This document shows positions 9,122 through 17,482 of a DNA stretch of 32,000 nucleotides, one piece after another. This stretch comes from Trichodesmium erythraeum IMS101. Lineage in GTDB: Bacteria > Cyanobacteriota > Cyanobacteriia > Cyanobacteriales > Microcoleaceae. A program made the translations under genes and the position numbers. Within the stretch, counting starts at the first letter, position 1. Every line of letters begins with the position of its first letter. The DNA lies in assembly GCF_000014265.1 (NCBI RefSeq), contig NC_008312.1, forward strand, positions 150,001 through 182,000. The letters run 5' to 3'. The notes under the pieces are model-generated. The model saw only the letters and a list, made by a program, of their open reading frames with translations, was not told where the DNA came from and ran no database searches.

Positions 9122-12100
9122 TTAAAAGAGATTTGCTGTTGCAAGACCAATCATATTTGTATCTATCGCTGCAATTTCATCCTCAAGATTGTTTGAGGCA
9201 GGAATTACACCATCGTCATTGAGATCATGATTGAACTCTTTCTCTAAATCATCGAGGGAGGTTTCGTCAGATATCCAACCTGAATTGCCCACAATTTTAC
9301 CATTCTCATCAGTATCCCAGACAAAGGCTTGACCTTTTCTTCCTTTGTCCCCGTCGAGAAGGAAGCGATAGCCGCCCTCTTCGCCCTCTACAGCTTCCGC
9401 AGCTGCACCGTCCCAGTGTTGGCTACTTTCGTCATTGTAGGTTGTGCCATTCTTGTGATGGAGTTGGAACTGATCTTGTGTGTCATTATCGATGATCCAA
9501 TAGGTTTTATCTTTGTCTTGGGCGAAGGATGCTGTGCCATCATCTTCTATGATCGTTAGATCAGGTTCGCCAATTAAACCATCATCATTTAGATCATGAT
9601 TGAACTCCTCCTCAAAATCATGGAGGGAGGTTTTGTCAGATATCCAACCTGAACTTTTGATGATTTTACCATTCTCATCAGTATCCCAGACAAGGGCTTG
9701 ACCTTTTCTTCCTTTGTCCCCGTCGAGAAGGAAGCGATAGCCACTATCTCCAACTTCCGCAGCTGCACCGTCCCAGTGTGGGTGACTTTCGTCATTGTAG
9801 GTTGTGCCATCCTTGTGATGGAGTTGGAACTCATCTTGTGTCTCATTATTGATGATCCAATAGGTTTTATCTTTGTCTTGGGCGAAGGATGCTGTGCCCT
9901 CATCTTCTATGATCGTTAGATCAGGTTCAGCTTCAAGAGCCAAATTTCCGAAGTCAATATCATCAAATGTTTCACCATTATCTAATTCTACTTTGTGATA
10001 CTGACTCTCTACTGAAGCTCTTACTGTCACATCATCAATGTACCACCCTTCATATCTATTATATATCTGATCCCCAGTATTAAACTCAAAACTGATCTTA
10101 ATTGTTTCCCCTACATAGTCATTTAGGTCAAATGTAGCATTTATCCATCCCGTAGTGGGGTCTTCTAATTTATTATCATGATTCGATGCAATCTCCTCAA
10201 AATTAGTACCACCATCTGTTGAAATAAGTACTTTTGCTGAATCCCAAGGAGATAAATCTTCCGTCTCTAAAAAATAGTTAAAGGAAAGCTCAGCATTACC
10301 TTGATCACTTAAGTCAATATCTGGAGAAATAATTCGACCGGCGGTATGTCCTTTATCATAGTCACCTGTTGCTTCGTCTCCATAGTACATACTATCTTGA
10401 GCACTGTGACCTGGTTCATCACCACGTCGGGTGGATAGATGCCACAAGCCTTCAGTTGGGTTTCCGCGAAGGGTACCAGGCCCATCACCGGATCGGGATA
10501 GTATATTCAACGACTGCTCTGGGATAAAACCATTGTCAAGAGTAAAGCCATCCAAATCTGGTTGGTTATCATCACTACTGAAGTCTGCCTCAAAGATTAC
10601 TTCAAGCTTAGAAGGATAAGTTTGCTCCCATCCATCTTGGATGACTTCAGTAATAGAGTAAGTTCCGGGATCAAGACCCATGAATTCATAATAACCATTT
10701 TCATTAGTGGTAGTAGACGTTTCTCCATCGTCCAGTTGACCATTTTCATTCTCATCTATGTATATTTTCCAGCCTTCTAATACTGGTTCACCATCGTCCC
10801 TTTGACTGTTACCATCAAGATCATGCCAGTTAACACCAGATATTGAACCGGGAATAATTTCTTGGTTGCCGAAGTTGATATCAGTAATAGTTTCGCCAGA
10901 ATTCAATTCTACAGTATGAGTTCCGGGGTTTTCAGGAGGACTCCCCATTGCAGATAAGGCATTGTCTGCATTCAATCGACCCCCCGTTAATGTCTTGCCA
11001 TTAAGTGCTGAAATAGAGTCAACGTTATCAAGAATTATTTCTTTGACTTCTGCGTAACTCAAGTCGGGATTTTCTGCTAACACCAAAGCTGCCACTCCAG
11101 CTACATGAGGAGATGCCATAGAAGTACCGCTGTAAGAGGCATACCTTTCTCCCGGCACAGTGCTTAAAATACCAGAACCAGGGGCACCTAAATCTACTGT
11201 AGTAGCTCCATAGTTAGAGAAACCAGACATATTATCGTTCTTATCCGTGGCAGCAACTGCAATAATATTTTCTAAGTCATAGCTAGCTGGGTAACTTGGA
11301 CTGTTATCGGTGTTCCTACTGCTATTACCTGCTGCTGCAACAAATAAAGAATTTGCTTCCCCTGCTGCTGCAATTGCGTCATACAATCCTTGAGAAAAGC
11401 CTCCGCCTCCCCAACTGTTGTTGGTTATGTCTGCTCCCATCATTGTGGCATATTCTACAGCCAAAATAGCGTCAAATGTACTACCAGAGCCTTGATCATT
11501 TAGGAACTTAATCGCCATCAAGTCTGTCTGATGATTAACCCCTACTACTCCTACTCCATTGTTGCCCTCTGCTCCAATAGTTCCCGCTACGTGAGTGCCG
11601 TGACTCTGACGATCCATTGGATCGCCATCATCGTAGGCAAAGTCGTAACCATAATAATCGTCTATATAGCCATTATTATCGTCATCGATGCCGTTACCAG
11701 GAGTTTCACCAGAATTAGTCCACATATTGTTGGCCAAGTCTGGGTGACTATAGTCGATACCAGTGTCTATAACTCCTACTACGATATCTTTACTTCCTGT
11801 TTGAATGTCCCAAGCATTTAGCGCTTGAATACTGGCCTCAGGCTTTGTTTCATTGTCAAGGCCCCACAAATCCTTGAACATAGGGTCATTAGGAGGCTCA
11901 GAATTTGTCTGAACTTTATAGTTCAATTCGGCGTATTCTATTACAGGGTTTTCTTGGAGTTGATTTAGAACGTCTATTGTGTCCCCATCAAATTTCCACA
12001 GTTGCAGACCTTCTAATTCTGATGTTTTTGTTTCCTTGACCGTCCTTGCTCCGATCTGAGTTTTGAGATTTTCAAGAACACTAACTTCAGAATCATTGAG

Positions 12101-13174
12101 TGAATTGTTGATCTTAACAATTATCTCATTTTCAACAAAGCTATTTTCTAAGCCTAGGTTTTCTCCAGTAAATTTTGTCTCAGACTCACTCGCAGATACT
12201 TGAGACCCATCGGCTGCTGTATTTTTTGTATTGCCATTACTTATAGTATCTGTTTCAGAGAAACTACTTAAAGATGATTGAGACCGTAATGATGTGTCTA
12301 TCTCTGCTTCTACTTTAGGATAAGTTTGTGTCCATCCTTCTTGGATGACTTCAGCAATAACGTAAGTTCCGGGAGCAAGGTCTTTGAATTCATAATAACC
12401 ATCTCCATCAGTGGTAGTAGACTTTTCTCCATCATCTAGTTGACCATTTTTATTCTCGTCTATGTATATTGTCCAGCCTTCTAATACTGCTTCACCATCG
12501 TCCCATTGACTGTTACCATTAAGGTCTTCCCAGTTATAACCAGATATTGAACCAGGTTCTTCCTCTTCAAATTCATAGACTAAATCATCAATAACAAAAT
12601 GTACATTAGATTCAAATTGGACTTCATCTACGTCAGTAAAATCAAATTGAACCAGAGTTGGTCCCTGATTATTCACAGTGACAGTCTTGGAATGCACCTC
12701 CTGTCCATCATTAAGACCTTTTAGCTGAATATCTAAGTTATCCTCCCACGCCGAAGTCAAATAGGCACTATTTAATGTAAAGTCTTGATCTGAAGTAATG
12801 CTTACTGGATTCGACCAGCCATTAAATGCAGAGTAGGGTGGAGAAACGTTCCCATATTCATAACCTGATCCAGGATTAGAATCTTTATGGATAACCGCCC
12901 AATCTTCACTCCAGAAAAAGTCTCCAACCTTTTGTCCACCGAATCCTTGCGAACCAGTTGTGTCTGAAATATCATCAAAGTCAAACAGCACCTGTCCCTC
13001 AGCAATGACAAGTGGTTCTATTGTTACATTTCTATTGACATCATCGGTATTCGTGATGATGTCATTTAAACGAGCTTCTGTTACCCCTAAGATGTCCATA
13101 TCAAGTTCCGACATTTGCATGTTTGTAACCATTATTACATTATTATTATTATTATTATAACATACATTCCGCAC
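9122..13174 (-). CDS. multidomain subtilisin-like serine protease (peptidase S8) with I9-like propeptide, two SdrD-B/Cna-B-like domains, a MAM/InhA-like beta-sandwich and two C-terminal Trp-rich repeats
   Basis: The catalytic triad motifs are:
- VGVIDTGIDYSHPDL (Asp codon complement of 11765-11767)
- SHGTHVAGTIGA (His, 11600-11602)
- SGTSMASPHVAG (Ser, 11120-11122)

A calcium-loop-like NGIDDDNNGYIDDYYGYDF is present. The prodomain-like segment is IIVKINNSL...NPVIEYAELNYKV. There are two copies of GxNWxDLxGNSQxDDGExVLEGWxIYIDENxNGQLDDGExSTTTxxxGYYEFxxLxPGTYxIxEVIQxGWxQTYP.

The true start may be a downstream Met (13132, 13120 or 13114). The first 14 codons include an (AAT)6 run giving NNNNNN. 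Confidence 0.9.
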   Translation of the reverse strand: MRNVCYNNNNNNVIMVTNMQMSELDMDILGVTEARLNDIITNTDDVNRNVTIEPLVIAEGQVLFDFDDISDTTGSQGFGGQKVGDFFWSEDWAVIHKDSNPGSGYEYGNVSPPYSAFNGWSNPVSITSDQDFTLNSAYLTSAWEDNLDIQLKGLNDGQEVHSKTVTVNNQGPTLVQFDFTDVDEVQFESNVHFVIDDLVYEFEEEEPGSISGYNWEDLNGNSQWDDGEAVLEGWTIYIDENKNGQLDDGEKSTTTDGDGYYEFKDLAPGTYVIAEVIQEGWTQTYPKVEAEIDTSLRSQSSLSSFSETDTISNGNTKNTAADGSQVSASESETKFTGENLGLENSFVENEIIVKINNSLNDSEVSVLENLKTQIGARTVKETKTSELEGLQLWKFDGDTIDVLNQLQENPVIEYAELNYKVQTNSEPPNDPMFKDLWGLDNETKPEASIQALNAWDIQTGSKDIVVGVIDTGIDYSHPDLANNMWTNSGETPGNGIDDDNNGYIDDYYGYDFAYDDGDPMDRQSHGTHVAGTIGAEGNNGVGVVGVNHQTDLMAIKFLNDQGSGSTFDAILAVEYATMMGADITNNSWGGGGFSQGLYDAIAAAGEANSLFVAAAGNSSRNTDNSPSYPASYDLENIIAVAATDKNDNMSGFSNYGATTVDLGAPGSGILSTVPGERYASYSGTSMASPHVAGVAALVLAENPDLSYAEVKEIILDNVDSISALNGKTLTGGRLNADNALSAMGSPPENPGTHTVELNSGETITDINFGNQEIIPGSISGVNWHDLDGNSQRDDGEPVLEGWKIYIDENENGQLDDGETSTTTNENGYYEFMGLDPGTYSITEVIQDGWEQTYPSKLEVIFEADFSSDDNQPDLDGFTLDNGFIPEQSLNILSRSGDGPGTLRGNPTEGLWHLSTRRGDEPGHSAQDSMYYGDEATGDYDKGHTAGRIISPDIDLSDQGNAELSFNYFLETEDLSPWDSAKVLISTDGGTNFEEIASNHDNKLEDPTTGWINATFDLNDYVGETIKISFEFNTGDQIYNRYEGWYIDDVTVRASVESQYHKVELDNGETFDDIDFGNLALEAEPDLTIIEDEGTASFAQDKDKTYWIINNETQDEFQLHHKDGTTYNDESHPHWDGAAAEVGDSGYRFLLDGDKGRKGQALVWDTDENGKIIKSSGWISDKTSLHDFEEEFNHDLNDDGLIGEPDLTIIEDDGTASFAQDKDKTYWIIDNDTQDQFQLHHKNGTTYNDESSQHWDGAAAEAVEGEEGGYRFLLDGDKGRKGQAFVWDTDENGKIVGNSGWISDETSLDDLEKEFNHDLNDDGVIPASNNLEDEIAAIDTNMIGLATANLF
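9200..9928 (-). repeat. in-frame tandem duplication (120 aa + 123 aa) forming the C-terminus of the subtilase
   Basis: The unit EPDLTIIED(E/D)GTASFAQDKDKTYWII.N.TQD.FQLHHK.GTTYNDES..HWDGAAAE...GYRFLLDGDKGRKGQA.VWDTDENGKI...SGWISD.TSL.D.E.EFNHDLNDDG(L/V)I occurs twice. The EPDL codons start at complement 9928 and 9568. The two near-identical antisense shadow ORFs in the track (9329-9559, 9698-9919) are a by-product. Confidence 0.9.
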
Positions 13175-13225
13175 TTCTTAACATTAAATTGATAAGTTTT
13201 ATTAATCAGGCTTAATAAAACTTAT

Positions 13226-13315
13226 CAGGACTTACGCAGTACCGCTATATATAGTGTATTTTTGATAATTATCTTAGATATTTACACTATAGTTAGTGCC
13301 TTTCCGTAAGTCCTG
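13226..13315. repeat. MITE-like palindromic element, copy 3 (best preserved)
   Basis: Sequence: caggacttacgcagtaccgctatatatagtg ... cactatagttagtgcctttccgtaagtcctg. The ~31-nt arms are imperfect inverted repeats around an AT-rich centre. It lies 52 bp upstream of the longest subtilase start codon. Confidence 0.7.
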
Positions 13316-14069
13316 TTAATCTATCGCCCCGAATGCTATCCCTGAAAGCCTTATAGCTATGGGCATGGATTTTCCATATTATGTTTGTTGGTAATTACTT
13401 TAGGCCAGCGTCAACTTCGTCAAACTTTAAACCGGACTAAATCTACTGTAAAAAATCAATTGGGCCAAAAAATCAATTGGGCCGTCCTACTAATAGGCCA
13501 ACAAAACGATTGGATATTTCAATGTTTTCAGTCGATTCATTTATTGATTAATTCTGGATTTAAGAGTATATCTAACCTCACTCCGGAACGTTTAGAATTA
13601 TTGAAGTTTTTTCCTCCAAGTTGTCAAAGATACTATCTACTCAGTTGAGAAACTTGAGATGAAAACAGGTAGAGGGCCAAAATAATCAACGATTGAATAG
13701 TAGTAGAATAAATCCCTTGGCAATTAGTGCGATCGCACTAGGTGATAGAGGAACTTTGGCAAATTTTGAATTGGTCATTGGTAAATTCCGGCAACTGATA
13801 CCATTCTATTGAGAAAGCGATCGTCTCCTACCCCATATTATAAGTATAAATACTTGCTCGACTTTCCCCCTCTTTCTGTGCTACATTTTATCCTGCGGAA
13901 TGTAGGTTTTAAAATAGGAAAAAGTATTTATCAAGTTAAGCACGGATTATTATCAAAATATCTAACCTCAGAATTGAAACATCTTTCAATTAAAATGAAG
14001 GTTATTTAACTTAAATAACTAAAAATTTTTTGAATAAAAATAGTTAGGCGTTCGCGGAGCGTGGCGTTA

Positions 14070-14145
14070 GCCGTATCCCATAAAGCTATAGTGAAGGTCG
14101 TCAAAATTCTCATGCACTATATATAGCGCCTTTGCGTAAGCCCTG
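14070..14145. repeat. MITE-like palindromic element, copy 4 (left arm degenerate)
   Basis: The right arm cactatatatagcgcctttgcgtaagccctg (14115-14145) is the inverted image of the caggacttacgca....cgctatatatagtg arm. Only gctatagtg survives on the left. It lies ~115 bp downstream of the 295-aa sulfotransferase gene. Confidence 0.5.
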
Positions 14146-14261
14146 TATAAATTATATTGATTTATATCATATCATAGATTATCTTTAAGTAAATGATTGG
14201 TCAAAATTAGAGATTGGAATTTATGAATTTTTAATTCACCCCATTTCCTGCAGCACAAAAT

Positions 14262-15149
14262 TTATAACGTCATGTTTTTATCGTAACCATAAGATTCAAA
14301 ATCAACTTGATATAAATTTGCCACTGCTTTTTTAACTGTGTCGTCATAAAAATTTTTTGAAGGAGGAAAAGCCACATCTTTGTCTAAAAAAGTAAAGTGT
14401 TCATCTGCAAAACAACCCTCCAATTCTGCTAATCTCTTTGAATGATGTCCGGATTTTCTTAGCTCGTCAAAGTTGCTCGTATTTAGTCCCAAATCTATTT
14501 CTATTTGCCTTAGTTGCTCGTAGCTATTCTCTAGGTGAACGACATAATTTGGTACAATTAAACCTACTTTTTCGCTCTTGTGCTGTTGTATCCGCCAGTG
14601 AATATTGCATAAAAATATATCTAAACTTTCTAAATATGCTACAAATTCTCTAAAGGAAAAAGTGTCTTTTTCGTTCACTTCTCTGCCTAAAAAGTTCCTA
14701 ATTTTTTCTGTATCGTAGTTGTCTTGAGCAGCTGTAATTCCCTTAATTGCTGCCAGATAAGAACTAACAACCCTAGAGAAAGGATTACATACAACTTTGA
14801 TAATCTTGATTTCACCGTCGAGTAGTTCTGCAACTGTATTCCTATTTTTTAAATATCTTTTATACTCAACAGACTCGCAAAATACTTGAGTTCGAAAACA
14901 ATGAATCCAAGGGTGATAGAACAGAGCCATATCAAGAAACCCTATTTTATCAAAAAACCACTTAACGGAAAAAGTACATCCAGCTTTGGCCGACCATAGT
15001 AGAGCTAGGTTATGTTTTTTTGAAAATAAAGGTTGGGGTGCAATCTTAAAAAGATTCTGGGGAGCTGGAGGCTTCTTCGGTGTAACGATCGAGCTTTTTT
15101 TGTGCTCCTCATTCCTGCGCTTCTCTTCCATTGATGAATTAATTAACAT
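14262..15149 (-). CDS. sulfotransferase-family protein (Sulfotransfer_2-like), 295 aa
   Basis: LLWSAKAGCTFSVKWFF resembles the 5'-PSB loop (PKxGxT type). IKVVCNPFSRVVSSYL resembles the 3'-PB motif (RNPxxRxxSxY type) of PAPS-dependent sulfotransferases. It is co-directional with and 124 bp downstream of another sulfotransferase. The start could be M1 or M7. Confidence 0.65.
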   Translation of the reverse strand: MLINSSMEEKRRNEEHKKSSIVTPKKPPAPQNLFKIAPQPLFSKKHNLALLWSAKAGCTFSVKWFFDKIGFLDMALFYHPWIHCFRTQVFCESVEYKRYLKNRNTVAELLDGEIKIIKVVCNPFSRVVSSYLAAIKGITAAQDNYDTEKIRNFLGREVNEKDTFSFREFVAYLESLDIFLCNIHWRIQQHKSEKVGLIVPNYVVHLENSYEQLRQIEIDLGLNTSNFDELRKSGHHSKRLAELEGCFADEHFTFLDKDVAFPPSKNFYDDTVKKAVANLYQVDFESYGYDKNMTL

Positions 15150-15273
15150 ATTTTTTAGCTATTCCTAATATTTAATAATACCTTTTGTTTGCGTAAATAA
15201 ATTATTAATAATCTTCCCTTTTTCTGAACATAACATAAATCATAAAATATAGGAAATTAACAAAATGTACTTT

Positions 15274-16119
15274 TTAATATTTTTCTAACCAATGAGTTGT
15301 CTTTAATCCAGTTAATTCATCTAATTTGGCTAGGTCCTCATTAAACTTTTCTAAAAGTTCCTTCATTGTCTCTCTATTTAATTGAAAATCTTTATCTCTA
15401 TCTTTCGGCGAAGAGTTAGCTTTATACAACTCTTGTTCGACATCCTCAATAGCCAAAAACTGATTAATTTCTTTTAATACTACTTTTGAATGCTTCTTTA
15501 GTTGATCATAAGTAATTATCAAAACATTTTCCTTCCCAAATTGCTGGATATATCTCTTTACTCCCTCAAAATAAAGAGATTGCGTCATGTTTTTAACAGG
15601 ATGAAACCAATTAAGTTGGTATTTTTTTTCTTCATGGTCTCTAAGTATCTTCAGACCCTTTTCACAGTATTCATTAAGATCATTTATTTGATGTTTATCT
15701 AAATGGTGTTTATAATGAGATATCATTCTTTCTATAGGATCTCGAATAGTAATCAATATCTTAATATTTCCCAACTTTTCATTTATCAGAGAAGCACATT
15801 CTGGAATACCAAGATAAATAGGAGAAATTTCCCCAATACATTTTTGACTTTCTGCCCCCATAAAATAATAGAGATATTCCCTAAAAGTTATTCCATACTT
15901 ATTTTTTTCAGTATTTCTGATACCAAAGTAATTGATTTCCTTCACTGGAGACATATAAACATCTTTATGTGCTGCTAAATATTGATATAAGGATGTAGTT
16001 CCACACCTCCCTGCTCCTACTCCAATTAAATTAGGTTTATTAAGTATCTTATTTCTTTGCTTGTGCAAAGCAGCCACATCAAACTTCAGAATAAATTGCT
16101 CTATATCTTTACTATCCAT
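15274..16119 (-). CDS. PAPS-dependent sulfotransferase, 281 aa
   Basis: The 5'-PSB motif is IGVGAGRCGTTSLYQYL. The 3'-PB motif is TIRDPIERMISHYKHH. Size and layout are typical of soluble bacterial sulfotransferases. Confidence 0.8.
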   Translation of the reverse strand: MDSKDIEQFILKFDVAALHKQRNKILNKPNLIGVGAGRCGTTSLYQYLAAHKDVYMSPVKEINYFGIRNTEKNKYGITFREYLYYFMGAESQKCIGEISPIYLGIPECASLINEKLGNIKILITIRDPIERMISHYKHHLDKHQINDLNEYCEKGLKILRDHEEKKYQLNWFHPVKNMTQSLYFEGVKRYIQQFGKENVLIITYDQLKKHSKVVLKEINQFLAIEDVEQELYKANSSPKDRDKDFQLNRETMKELLEKFNEDLAKLDELTGLKTTHWLEKY

Positions 16120-16445
16120 TATGAATATTTGACCTTATTTTGTTTAATTTGATTACTTTTTTTGTCTTAGACCAGAAATACTTTTGCCACAGGCTAACTT
16201 CATAATTGGATCTTTTTTCCTATCATTTACGGCAGTCATCTCCATAAGTCTTCTGTTGTCCCAAACCTTTGCTTCTTATCGGATTACCTCAAATTTTGCA
16301 TCGTCAACAGCAATAAAATTTCACAAGAGTGAAAACCTTTTGAGGATTTCCTTTTAGGTATTTTTTCATATTTTTGATTTTAACCTTGATTTTAACCTTG
16401 ATTTATGCATACCTACTTACTATCTAATATTGGCGATCGCCCCTG

Positions 16446-17447
16446 TCAGTTTTTTTGAACTATAAACGTATTTGATATATATCCCTCCCCTGCCCAATTA
16501 TCCTCTGTAACTTCAATTAACTTAGCATCCATTTGTCTAATAATTGTAAAAATATCTTTTTGAGGTAGAATATGCATTTCTATTTGATTATTTTCTGCTT
16601 CTTTATTAAGATCATTCAAATATTCTTTCAAAGAAAATTTATATCCATGTTTATAGGTGGGAACTTGAAAAAAAGCTACACCCCCAGAGTTAAGAGAATT
16701 CATAAATTGTTTAATAATGAAGGCAATAATTGGAGGAGGATTATGTTGTAAAACTATTACTGAATATATGAAATCTACCTGAGGAAGTTTTTTGAGATCT
16801 CTAAGAGCAACCAATTGATTTAACTGAACATTTTTGATTTCTACCTCAGTCATATATTGATGAGCAACCTTCAAGTGGGATGAGGATATATCATAGCCGT
16901 AAACAACTTCAAACTTTTCAGCCAACCATCTTGTAACTCTACCAACTCCACAACCATATTCAATAGCTGACTTAAATGATTTATAATCCAATTGATTTCT
17001 ATCTAAGGAGGCAAATAATTTTGATACTTCATTTTTACCTGTTTCGTTAAATAAATTAATTGTCTGTGAAATATTATCTTGTTTAAAGTTTTCTGCGGAC
17101 AATACAGACCAATGAGGTTCTGTTTTACCTAAATAAGACCAAGTATTTTGAATATGATTAAATAAAAGGGCTAATTCTCGTCCTGGGGCTACATTTTCTA
17201 CATAGACAATACTTTTATCAGTAAGTTGTGGTAAAGGTTTATGCCACTGATTTTTGGCTTTAAACTCTTCTGAGTTTAAAAAAATATCTCTTAAATCTCG
17301 ACAATTTTTTATTCTTCTTTTTTTATCTTCTATGGCATCCTGGTTTTCAACTTCCCTATCTAAAAACAAGCGATAAGCCCACTTAATAAATTCCTCTGGT
17401 AAATCTTCATATAATTTACCATTATTACTATTTTCCATTAGATACAA
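16446..17447 (-). CDS. class I SAM-dependent methyltransferase, 333 aa
   Basis: Motif I is AIEYGCGVGRVTRWLAEKF, followed by an acidic post-I residue (VYGYDIS). Motif IV-like is DFIYSVIVLQHNPPP. The N-terminal FIKWAYRLFLDREVENQDAIEDK...FLNSEEF resembles the DUF4214-type helical motif common in glycan-modifying enzymes. The start is only 35 bp downstream of the giant gene's stop. Confidence 0.8.
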   Translation of the reverse strand: MYLMENSNNGKLYEDLPEEFIKWAYRLFLDREVENQDAIEDKKRRIKNCRDLRDIFLNSEEFKAKNQWHKPLPQLTDKSIVYVENVAPGRELALLFNHIQNTWSYLGKTEPHWSVLSAENFKQDNISQTINLFNETGKNEVSKLFASLDRNQLDYKSFKSAIEYGCGVGRVTRWLAEKFEVVYGYDISSSHLKVAHQYMTEVEIKNVQLNQLVALRDLKKLPQVDFIYSVIVLQHNPPPIIAFIIKQFMNSLNSGGVAFFQVPTYKHGYKFSLKEYLNDLNKEAENNQIEMHILPQKDIFTIIRQMDAKLIEVTEDNWAGEGYISNTFIVQKN

Positions 17448-17482
17448 AATACTCCTATTAAATTAATATAAAACTATTTTCA

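Noticed and set aside
9329-9919. Plus-strand ORFs 9329-9559 and 9698-9919, and the other short ORFs inside or antisense to the big minus-strand genes: plus-strand 10431, 10562, 11531, 12960, 14438, 14986, 15502, 15703, 19374, 23068, 23228, 24259 and 30989; minus-strand alternative frames 9589, 12802, 18184 and 29262.
   Set aside because: They lie wholly within strongly supported genes, have low-complexity or hydrophobic-junk composition, and carry no recognisable motifs. The similarity between 9329 and 9698 simply mirrors the duplication on the coding strand.
13141-13160. (AAT)6 microsatellite at the 5' end of the subtilase ORF as a possible phase-variation switch.
   Set aside because: The repeat is a triplet, so slippage would not shift the frame. 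It probably lies upstream of the real start codon. I note it but do not claim it as regulatory.
13385-14009. ORFs 13385-13648 and 13809-14009 in the gene-less gap. The first contains a faint LuxR-like string (TKSTVKNQLGQKI; LTPERLELL).
   Set aside because: The motif order is wrong for an HTH domain, there is no supporting context, and the composition resembles the surrounding non-coding DNA. They are not reported as CDS.
14041-14100. G+C-rich island that looked like a possible tRNA or structured RNA.
   Set aside because: I could not fold it into a cloverleaf or a convincing stem-loop by eye. It is more likely a fragment of a dispersed repeat adjoining the degenerate MITE copy.
16150-16330. 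30-codon minus-strand ORF (MEMTAVNDRKKDPIMKLACGKSISGLRQKK) upstream of the 281-aa sulfotransferase, possibly a relic of another sulfotransferase P-loop.
   Set aside because: The similarity is too weak to support and the ORF is very short.
16371-16408. Short tandem repeat tgattttaacct x2.5 downstream of the methyltransferase gene and upstream of the first sulfotransferase gene.
   Set aside because: It is too short and AT-rich to distinguish from chance or slippage, and I recognise no binding-site consensus.
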